NCBI GenBank assembly: GCA_004332335.1
Contig: SISS01000013.1
Coordinates: 2,804 to 66,803, forward strand
From: Methanoregulaceae archaeon UXB-2016
GTDB taxonomy: Archaea; Halobacteriota; Methanomicrobia; Methanomicrobiales; Methanospirillaceae
DNA length: 64,000 bases
Direction of reading: 5' to 3'
A model generated the notes under the pieces. It was not told the DNA's origin. It was given only the letters and a program-made list of their open reading frames with translations, and ran no database searches. The translations under genes were made by a program, and so were the position numbers. Positions 56,909-64,000 of the stretch are shown here, one piece after another (within the stretch, counting starts at the first letter, position 1; every line of letters begins with the position of its first letter).

Positions 56909-59900
56909 ATGACCAGAGGAAAAAGAAAAGTCCATGATCATAGGAGATCGATTGGGATACCGTTGGGTATTCTGGTTCTTCTTATTCTTGTTGCCAGCGT
57001 CCCTGTTGTTGCGGCAACCGATACCCGCTTACCGGAATCGTCCAACACAACTGTGGGTATCCCTTCGCAGAATTTCACGATTGTGAACACAAGCGGGGCA
57101 CAGGCAGCGCCTGAAAACAAAACGCTGAAGATCAATCTGCCCAAGGATAAAAAGATCACGCAGAAGGATCGTGAGGCTGCCGCCATCAAGGACAAGGGCG
57201 ACTATGAAAAGTCGCTCATCACTCGGGTGGTGCAGCCCGATCCCGGCGGTGTGCCGCACTATTTCGGCCCCTACGCGAACTGGGCCAACAGCCCCATGCC
57301 CAAGGGCCCGCTTTTCAACATCACCGTTGACAACGGCGGTACCGGTTATACCGCACCGACGGTCCAGATCGTCGACGTTTACGCGACCGGTTCGGGCGCC
57401 ACGGCGACTGCGACGGTGGTTGGCGGTGTCATCACCCAGATCACCGTCACCTCCGGAGGTGCCGGCTACACGGCTCCCCAGGCAGTCATCACGGACCCGA
57501 CCGGAACCGGCGCGGCGGCCACAGCGAACCTCGACCCCGCGCAGCTGACGGGCGGCATCCATAAGTTCGTGAGCCCGATGCCCGACATCCCGGTCGGCGT
57601 GCCGGACACGACGTCGTTCCCGCTCGGCGGAAGAGGCTACACGTCGGCCCCGACGGTCGTCATCGTCGATACCAACGGCACGGGTGCCAACGCCACGGCG
57701 ACCATGGTCGGCGACAAGGTCGGTAGCGTCACCATCACCAGCGGCGGTACAGGATACTCCAGCAATCCCGTGGTCACGTTCACGGGTGGCGGCGTAAACG
57801 CCGCGCAGGGGATCGGAGCAAACGCAGTCGGAAAGGCGACTGTCGTCAACGGCGTCATCACCGGGATCACGCAGGTCGGCTCGGACTACTACGAGATCGA
57901 GCTCGGAGAGTTCAAGGAGCAGCTCCACCCCGACCTTCCGGCGACGACCATCCGCGGCTACCGTCAGGTCAATGCGCCGGCAGGATCGCCCGCGAGCCAG
58001 TTCCACTACCTGGGCGTAATGATCGTCTCCAAGCGCGACGTGCCAGTCCGGGTCAAGTTCATCAACAGCCTCCCGGTGGGGGCCGGTGGCGACCTCTCCA
58101 TCCCGGTGGACTCCACCGTGATGGGTGCGGGGCACGGCGACCTCGGAGGCTCGGAGCTCTATTCGGAGAACCGCGCAACCCTGCACCTCCACGGCGGGGT
58201 CACCCCGTGGATCAGTGACGGAACGCCGCTCCAGTGGACGGTGCCCGCAGGCGAGATCACCAGTTATCCCCAGGGCGTGAGCGTGTACAATGTGCCCGAC
58301 ATGCCGGACTGGGGTCCGAATCCCCGGCAGGGCGTCCTGACCTTCTACTACACCAACCAGCAGAGCGCACGCCTGCAATTCTACCACGACCACTCCCACG
58401 GCCTCACCCGCCTCAACGTCTACGCGGGCGAGGTCGCTCCGTACCTGATCACCGACCAGGTCGAGAAGGACATGATCGAGGGCACCGACGTCTCCGGCGT
58501 CAACCCGTCCGGGCTGAAGGTCCTCCCTGACGTCGGCATCCCCCTCGTCCTCCAGGACAAGACCTTCGTCGATGCCAGCACCATCTACGCGCAGGACCCG
58601 ACCTGGAACTGGGGAACCGGGCCGTCGGGAACGGCCGTCACCGGCGATCTCTGGTATCCGCACGTCTACGTGCCGGCCCAGAACCCCTGGGCACCTGACG
58701 GCGTGAACCCCTTCGGCCGGTGGCCGTTCGGTCCCTGGTTCTGGCCGCCCACGAACGTTCCGTTCGGACCCGTCGCGAACCCGTACTTCGGGACAAACGA
58801 TCAGGAGCCCCCGGAGATCCCCGGAGTGCCGAACCCGTCCATGGCGATGGAAGCCTTCATGGACACGGCCGTCGTGAACGGCGAAGCGTACCCGTACCTG
58901 AATGTCGAGCCCCGGGCGTACCGGTTCCGCATCCTGAACGGGGCTGATGACCGTTTCTTCAACCTGCAGATGTACGTTGCCAACACGTCCGACTACAATG
59001 CCAACGGGTTCCCGACCGAGATCGGCATGGTCCCGGCAAGCTCGTGTTCCGGCCTCCCGGCCAGCTGGCCGACGGACGGCAGGGATGGCGGCGTCCCGGA
59101 TCCGGCAACGGTCGGCCCCAACTTCATCCAGATCGGCACTGAGGGCGGATTCCTGCCTGCGCCGGTCGAGGTACCGAACCAGCCGATCACCTGGGTCACG
59201 GACCCCACCGTGTTCAACGCAGGGAACGTGGACAAGCACGCGCTCCTCCTCTCGCCCGCCGAGCGGGCGGACGTGGTCGTCGACTTCTCGCAGTACGCGG
59301 GCAAGACCCTGATCCTCTACAACGACGCGCCGGCAGCATTCCCGGCTCTCGACGGCAGGTACGACTACTACACGGGCCACCCGGGCATGACCGACACGGG
59401 CGGCGCGCCCACGACCCAGGCCGGCTACGGCCCGAACGTCCGCACGATCCTGCAGATCCGGGTCGGCGCGGCGGCCGGAGCGGCGACACCCGGCGTCACG
59501 CTCGCGAACCTGAAATCGGTCTTCGCCAAGACCGGGACCAAGCGCGGGGTCTTCGAGGTCTCTCAGGATCCGGTCCTGTCGCCCTCGGCCGCGTACAACT
59601 CGGCGTACAATGCGAGTTTCCCGGCCGACAACTACGTGCGGATCCAACAGAAGAGCTACACATTCAAGACCCTCGCCGGCAACACGGTGACGATCCCCCT
59701 GACCTCAAAGGCCATCCAGGACGAGCAGGGGGAGGCGTACGACGCGTACGGACGCCTGAGCGGCTTCATGGGGCTCCAGGTCGAGCAGGCTCCCGGGCAG
59801 CAGCAGCTGCTCCTCTACGGGTATTTGAGCCCGCCGATCGACATCATGACCGACGCGACCGGCACCAAGATCGGCGAGCTCGGGGACGGGACCCAGATCT

Positions 59901-60964
59901 GGAAGATCACGCACAACGGCGTGGATACGCACCCCCTCCACTGGCACCTGGTCAACATCCAGCTGATCAACCGGGTCGGTTGGGACGGTATCATCCGCGC
60001 GCCGGACGCGAACGAGCTGGGCTGGAAGGAGACCCTCCGGGTGAACCCGCTCGAGGACACGATCGTGGCTCTGCGCCCGGTCTCCCCCTCGCTCCCCTGG
60101 GACCTTCCCAACAGTTACCGCCCGATCGACCCCACCGAGCCGATCGGGGCCACGCTCTTCGGATCACCCGGACGGCAGGCAACGTTCTTCGATACCAGCG
60201 GAGAACCCGTGACGGTCACCAACAAGCTGGTCAATTACGGATGGGAGTACGTCTTCCACTGCCACATCCTTGCCCATGAAGATATGGACATGATGCATGC
60301 GCTGCTCTTTGCCGTGCCGCCGAAGGTGCCGGCCAGCCTGACGGCCACGGTCCTCAACGGCAATAAGGGCGCGCAACTGACATGGAAGGACACCTCCGCC
60401 GGTGAGACGGGCTTCACCATCCAGAGAGCGGAGGACCCCGGATTCACGTTGAACCCGACCACCTTCAAGGTGGGCAAAGATATCGTGACCTATACCGATT
60501 CCACGGCCACCAAGAAGGGTACGTACTACTACCGGATCCAGGCCAACAACCAGGTCGGCGACACGACCACCTATGCCGCTCCCGCTGTCGGGTTCCCGAC
60601 CAAGACGGTGAACTCCGGGTGGTCCAACGTGGCCTCGACGGGTGGAGCCACTCCCACGCCGGGCGGAGCTCCGGTCGCGAACTTCACCATGAGCCGCAGC
60701 TCTGGAACGGCGCCGCTTCTGGTGAGGTTCACGGACACCTCGACCGGATCGCCGACCTCGTGGCGCTGGGACTTCGCCGGTCGCTGGACCACCGCTCGGA
60801 ACCCGTCCATCATATTCAGGACGCCCGGGACGTACACGGTGAAGCTGACCGTGACGAACGCGTACGGGTCGTCCAGCATCAGCAAGACAGTTACCGTAAT
60901 GGCACGGCCCGGGGTCCGCGGGCCGCCCGATGCCAGGGAGGAACCCGTAGAGATCGTCGGATAG
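56909..60964 (+). CDS. Giant secreted multicopper oxidase: N-terminal GxGYT repeat module, Cu-oxidase domains, then Fn3 and PKD
   Basis: The start is ATG 56909 (MTRGKRK.., followed by a TM/signal). All four MCO copper motifs are present: HLHGG (nt about 58184), YHDHSHG (about 58385), HPLHWH (59930) and HCHILAHEDMDMM (60257). An Fn3-like segment (LTWKDTSAGETGFTIQR) and a PKD-like segment (FTDTSTGSPTSWRWDF..GTYTVKLTVTN) follow. Confidence 0.85.
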   Translation: MTRGKRKVHDHRRSIGIPLGILVLLILVASVPVVAATDTRLPESSNTTVGIPSQNFTIVNTSGAQAAPENKTLKINLPKDKKITQKDREAAAIKDKGDYEKSLITRVVQPDPGGVPHYFGPYANWANSPMPKGPLFNITVDNGGTGYTAPTVQIVDVYATGSGATATATVVGGVITQITVTSGGAGYTAPQAVITDPTGTGAAATANLDPAQLTGGIHKFVSPMPDIPVGVPDTTSFPLGGRGYTSAPTVVIVDTNGTGANATATMVGDKVGSVTITSGGTGYSSNPVVTFTGGGVNAAQGIGANAVGKATVVNGVITGITQVGSDYYEIELGEFKEQLHPDLPATTIRGYRQVNAPAGSPASQFHYLGVMIVSKRDVPVRVKFINSLPVGAGGDLSIPVDSTVMGAGHGDLGGSELYSENRATLHLHGGVTPWISDGTPLQWTVPAGEITSYPQGVSVYNVPDMPDWGPNPRQGVLTFYYTNQQSARLQFYHDHSHGLTRLNVYAGEVAPYLITDQVEKDMIEGTDVSGVNPSGLKVLPDVGIPLVLQDKTFVDASTIYAQDPTWNWGTGPSGTAVTGDLWYPHVYVPAQNPWAPDGVNPFGRWPFGPWFWPPTNVPFGPVANPYFGTNDQEPPEIPGVPNPSMAMEAFMDTAVVNGEAYPYLNVEPRAYRFRILNGADDRFFNLQMYVANTSDYNANGFPTEIGMVPASSCSGLPASWPTDGRDGGVPDPATVGPNFIQIGTEGGFLPAPVEVPNQPITWVTDPTVFNAGNVDKHALLLSPAERADVVVDFSQYAGKTLILYNDAPAAFPALDGRYDYYTGHPGMTDTGGAPTTQAGYGPNVRTILQIRVGAAAGAATPGVTLANLKSVFAKTGTKRGVFEVSQDPVLSPSAAYNSAYNASFPADNYVRIQQKSYTFKTLAGNTVTIPLTSKAIQDEQGEAYDAYGRLSGFMGLQVEQAPGQQQLLLYGYLSPPIDIMTDATGTKIGELGDGTQIWKITHNGVDTHPLHWHLVNIQLINRVGWDGIIRAPDANELGWKETLRVNPLEDTIVALRPVSPSLPWDLPNSYRPIDPTEPIGATLFGSPGRQATFFDTSGEPVTVTNKLVNYGWEYVFHCHILAHEDMDMMHALLFAVPPKVPASLTATVLNGNKGAQLTWKDTSAGETGFTIQRAEDPGFTLNPTTFKVGKDIVTYTDSTATKKGTYYYRIQANNQVGDTTTYAAPAVGFPTKTVNSGWSNVASTGGATPTPGGAPVANFTMSRSSGTAPLLVRFTDTSTGSPTSWRWDFAGRWTTARNPSIIFRTPGTYTVKLTVTNAYGSSSISKTVTVMARPGVRGPPDAREEPVEIVG

Positions 60965-60978
60965 ACCATCAATCCCCC

Positions 60979-60985
60979 TTTTTTT
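60979..60985 (+). terminator. Oligo-T tract (T7) after the multicopper oxidase gene
   Basis: The run CCCCCTTTTTTTCATG lies 15 nt after the stop. Confidence 0.45.
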
Positions 60986-61299
60986 CATGCACTCCTCGCA
61001 TCCGTAGGTTCGATGCTGCAGAAGCCCGGGATAGCCGATACAGCTGTCTTGGAACAGAGTCCTCCGGCCATCCCTCTCCAGATCGTTCCTGGCCGGTCAC
61101 CCCGCACTGCTTTTCCGGGGGCTCTCGACACCCACTCATCTCGACGAACGGGCCCCGAGCAGAAGAGAACGATCACGGTGCAGGATGCTATCGAGGGCGA
61201 GGGCGGAGCAGAGAAGGTTGAAAGTGGGGACTCTACGACGGAGCGGAGCGCGGGAACACCCGCGGACATGCTGCGCTGGAGGCAGAATCGATGAGAAAA

Positions 61300-61384
61300 T
61301 GCGAGGGAGGCGATTCGAACGCCCGAACTCCTTCAAGACTAGGCCCTGAACCTAGCGCCGTTGACCTGGCTTGGCTACCCTCGC
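61300..61384 (-). tRNA. tRNA-Leu (anticodon CAG), class II with a long variable arm
   Basis: In the reverse complement the acceptor is GCGAGGG/CCCUCGC plus A, the anticodon stem-loop is CUAGG-UUCAGGG-CCUAG, the variable arm is long, and the T arm is GGGCG-UUCGAAU-CGCCU. Confidence 0.88.
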
Positions 61385-61435
61385 GCCTGAATATATACGG
61401 GTGTCGAAAAGATAAAGATTGGCGTCCCGCGACGC

Positions 61436-63142
61436 CTACGTCTGCTTTCCATCGCCGTTCTGGAACTTCATGAGCTCGGCGTCGCGGAGCTCGTTCCGCT
61501 TGATCTTGCCCGAGATCGTCTTGGGCAGGGTGCCGACGAACTCGACCAGGCGCGGATATTTGTACGGCGCGGTCACCTTCTTCACGTGGGTCTGGAGCTC
61601 GCGGACCAGCATCTCCGAGGGCTTGAACCCCGGCGTGAGGACCACGAACGCCTTGACCACGAGCCCGCGGATCACGTCAGGCGATCCGACCACCGCGGCC
61701 TCCTGCACGGCCGGATGCTCGAGCAGGGCCGACTCGACCTCGAACGGCCCGATCCGGTATCCCGAGGACTTGATCACGTCGTCGTCGCGGCCGATGAACC
61801 AGTAGTACCCGTCCTCGTCCTTGTAGGCCTTGTCGCCCGTGTAGTACCAGCCGTCGACGAAGGAGCGCTCGTTCTCCTCCTCGGACCCGAGGTACTCGCG
61901 GAAGAGACCGATCGGGCGGGGCTCGAGCGCGATCGCGATCCGCCCCTCCTGCCCGATCCCGACGGGCCGGCCGTCGTCGTCGTGGAGATCGATCGTCCAG
62001 CCCGGCGCGGGTTTGCCCATCGAGCCGGGCTTGGACTCCATGCACGGGAAGGTCCCGATGCAGAGCACGGTCTCGGTCTGGCCGTAGCCCTCGAAGATCG
62101 TGACCCCGGTCGCCTCCTTCCAGACCCGGATCACCTCGGGGTTGAGCGGCTCGCCGGCCGAGGTGCAGTGCCGGAGCTCGGAGAAGTCGAACTTGTCGAG
62201 GTCCGCGAGGATCAGCATCCGGTAGATGGTGGGCGGACAGCAGAAGGTCGTGATCGCATACCGCTCGAGCAGGGGGAGGATCTCGGTCGCCTTGAACCTG
62301 CCGCGGATGTCGTAGACGAAGATCGCGGCGCCCTGGATCCACTGGCCGAAGATCTTGCCCCAGGCCGACTTGGCCCAGCCCGTGTCCGAGAGGGTGAAGT
62401 GGAGGTCGTTGTGCCGGAGGTCGTGCCAGAGCGCGGCCGTCACGATGTGGCCGAGAGGGTAGGACTGGTCGTGCAGCACCATCTTCGGCTCGCCGGTCGT
62501 GCCCGAGGTGAAGAAGATGATCATCGGGTCGGTCGACCGGGTCCGGGGCATCCCCGGCAGCTGGATCAGCTTGTGCGAGACGGGGGCCGGATAGGTCAGC
62601 TCCTCGATATACGAGATCCAGCCGTCGCGCGAGCCGTCGACGACCATCCGGCTCATCAGGGACTCGCACTCGGAGTAGATCTCGTCGACCTTGGGTGCGG
62701 TCTCCATGTCCGTGATCACCATCTTGAACTGCCCGAGGTCGATCCGGTACTTGATGTCCTTCGGGGTCAGCATGGTCGGCCCGGGCGAGACCACGGCCCC
62801 GAGCTTGATCAGGGCGAGGGTCAGGATCCACCACTCGGGGACCCGGTGCAGCATCAGCATCACGCGGTCGCCCTTGTGGATCCCGTACTTCAGCATGATG
62901 TTCGCGGCCGCGTTCGAGAGGCCCATCAGGTCCCAGAAGGTGAACTTCTTCTCGTTGCCCCGCTGATCGGTCCAGATCATCGCGAGCTTGTTCCGGTCCT
63001 TTCTCGCCCACTCATCGACCACGTCGAACCCGAAGTTGTAGTATGCGGGGACCTCGATCCGGAGGTCCCGGCAGGCCTCGGCGTAGTCGGCCATATTGTG
63101 CAGCTGCTCAGCATCTGGGCAATCAGTATCGTGCATATCCAT
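61436..63142 (-). CDS. AMP-forming acyl-CoA synthetase (medium-chain / acetyl-CoA synthetase-like)
   Basis: Motifs FFTSGTTGEPK, YGQTE, YYTGDKAY and GRDDDVIKSSGYRI. I place the start at ATG 63142 (MDMHDTD..). Confidence 0.88.
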   Translation of the reverse strand: MDMHDTDCPDAEQLHNMADYAEACRDLRIEVPAYYNFGFDVVDEWARKDRNKLAMIWTDQRGNEKKFTFWDLMGLSNAAANIMLKYGIHKGDRVMLMLHRVPEWWILTLALIKLGAVVSPGPTMLTPKDIKYRIDLGQFKMVITDMETAPKVDEIYSECESLMSRMVVDGSRDGWISYIEELTYPAPVSHKLIQLPGMPRTRSTDPMIIFFTSGTTGEPKMVLHDQSYPLGHIVTAALWHDLRHNDLHFTLSDTGWAKSAWGKIFGQWIQGAAIFVYDIRGRFKATEILPLLERYAITTFCCPPTIYRMLILADLDKFDFSELRHCTSAGEPLNPEVIRVWKEATGVTIFEGYGQTETVLCIGTFPCMESKPGSMGKPAPGWTIDLHDDDGRPVGIGQEGRIAIALEPRPIGLFREYLGSEEENERSFVDGWYYTGDKAYKDEDGYYWFIGRDDDVIKSSGYRIGPFEVESALLEHPAVQEAAVVGSPDVIRGLVVKAFVVLTPGFKPSEMLVRELQTHVKKVTAPYKYPRLVEFVGTLPKTISGKIKRNELRDAELMKFQNGDGKQT

Positions 63143-63315
63143 GATCCTCAATGTACGCGTCTGACCATACCGCGAACAGTACCCCGATCGGGCCGGCAGG
63201 TCGACCATATATATCCCAATCCCGGCAATATACCAGTATGGCCAACTACCGGGATCACCTCGCCGCGTGTATCACGGACGGGCGGTTCACGGTCGCCGAG
63301 GGCGCGTATATTCGC

Positions 63316-63465
63316 GCGTTCCCCACGTGCGTGGGGATGAACCGCGACCTGACTATTTCCAGTCGGTTCGGTCGCTGCGTTCCCCACGTGCGTGGGGATG
63401 AACCAAGAGGACATGAGGCCCCGACCGCCCTCCATTTGCGTTCCCCACATGCGTGGGGACGAAGC
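63316..63465 (+). CRISPR. Mini-CRISPR array: 3 repeats and 2 spacers, type I-E-like
   Basis: The repeat GCGTTCCCCACGTGCGTGGGGATGAACC occurs at 63316-63343 and 63377-63404 with an exact 61-nt period. A third copy at 63438-63465 (GCGTTCCCCACATGCGTGGGGACGAAGC) has 3 mismatches. The spacers are about 33 nt and unrelated to each other. The repeat has the I-E-style palindromic core CCCCAC-GTGC-GTGGGG. Confidence 0.8.
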
Positions 63466-63606
63466 ACGGTGTATTTCGTCGGCGCCGTTTCACCGGCAGC
63501 GCTCCTTCCGTAGTCTGCATGGCGGATCACCCGAATACCGCCGAGCCCGGCCCTCCCTTTACACCTCGAACGACGGGTCTTTTCCGCAGAGGAGTCAGGG
63601 GCCGTA

Positions 63607-64000
63607 TCACTGGCGGAATGTCGAACCCGAGCGATGATGCCAGATCAATCCGCGCCGATCGAGCCTCTTCAACCGCCGCATCTCGAGAAAACACTTCGCA
63701 CAGGCCTCTGCATCGGGGAACGCCCGATGTCGGGCCTGTAATCCGGTGCCGAACAGCGCGGTATGGAGCCTCTCCAGCGTGGGCCAGGTACCCCGGGATG
63801 TTTTTCCATCAGAACAGAGAGGCGCCCCGCCGCGCATCGTACAGTACCAGGGCCGGAAGATCTCCCGGCACGGCAGGTCATACCGTTCGGCCTCTCCGGC
63901 GATCACCCCTAAATCGAACCATGCGTTGTGAGCGACGATCGCGTCCGACCGGCGCGCTGCGGCGCAGAGCGCGGTGATCGCCTCCTCGACCGGGACTCCG
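63607..64000 (-). CDS. DEDDh 3'-5' exonuclease (DnaQ/epsilon-like), 5'-truncated by the window edge
   Basis: The frame is open to the window end. It has the Exo II-like motif AHNAWFDLGVI and the Exo III-like motif HRAFPDAEACAKCF. The stop is at 63607. Confidence 0.7.
   Translation of the reverse strand, partial: GVPVEEAITALCAAARRSDAIVAHNAWFDLGVIAGEAERYDLPCREIFRPWYCTMRGGAPLCSDGKTSRGTWPTLERLHTALFGTGLQARHRAFPDAEACAKCFLEMRRLKRLDRRGLIWHHRSGSTFRQ

Noticed and set aside
50568-61300. Island boundaries: a direct repeat of the tRNA-Leu 3' end (att site) and an integrase gene.
   Set aside because: I could find no copy of TGCGAGGGAGGCGATTCGAA-like sequence near 50-52 kb and no integrase or transposase ORF. 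Acquisition therefore remains an inference from composition and gene content only.
63151-63530. ORFs 63151..63513 (+), 63148..63450 (-), 63255..63530 (-) and 63392..63637 (+), which span the repeat region.
   Set aside because: They read through the CRISPR repeats, giving recurring PHVRGDEP / PTHVGNA peptides. They are artefacts of the array.

Overview
This window is a high-GC chromosomal segment that looks archaeal and most likely comes from a methanogen of the Methanomicrobiales type. That placement is an inference from gene content: mfnA for methanofuran synthesis, archaeosortase A, TFS, Pth2, Dph2, RtcB plus archease, and an intron-containing tRNA. About 60 genes are densely packed and many junctions overlap by 4-8 nt.

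Core content, in order:
- An intron-containing tRNA(CAU).
- A secreted protein combining a cysteine peptidase, a beta-helix and a dockerin-like tail.
- A long co-directional minus-strand gene string: pycB-pycA pyruvate carboxylase, a BioY/ECF biotin transporter, birA, two uncharacterised genes, then rtcB and archease.
- secF/secD.
- A metallo-beta-lactamase-fold gene broken by three frameshifts.
- Cell-surface genes: a DUF4097-like lipoprotein, a sugar-nucleotide dehydrogenase and a 5x PEGA protein.
- ppsA, mfnA, hpt, dph2, corA, hisH and tfs.
- artA convergent with a CDP-alcohol phosphatidyltransferase.
- truD and pth2.
- Two orphan sensor histidine kinases.
- Bacterial-type mutL and mutS.

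From about 48 kb the content becomes accessory:
- Two tandem paralogous 4Fe-4S proteins.
- An orphan structured GC-rich segment ending in a T-run, which is a candidate ncRNA.
- An SRPBCC gene followed by its decayed tandem copy.
- A visibly lower-GC block at about 50.6-61.3 kb that abuts the 3' end of tRNA-Leu(CAG). It encodes a tandem-META lipoprotein, a DUF4418-like Cys-rich membrane protein, a permease-ATPase-permease MacB/FtsX-type ABC exporter, and a divergently transcribed 1351-aa secreted multicopper oxidase.

The window ends with an acyl-CoA synthetase, a 3-repeat type I-E-like mini-CRISPR array with no cas genes in view, and a truncated DEDDh exonuclease gene.

The best candidate for something new is the multicopper oxidase / ABC / DUF4418 / META island. 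All calls come from reading the sequence and translations by eye. No database search was run.
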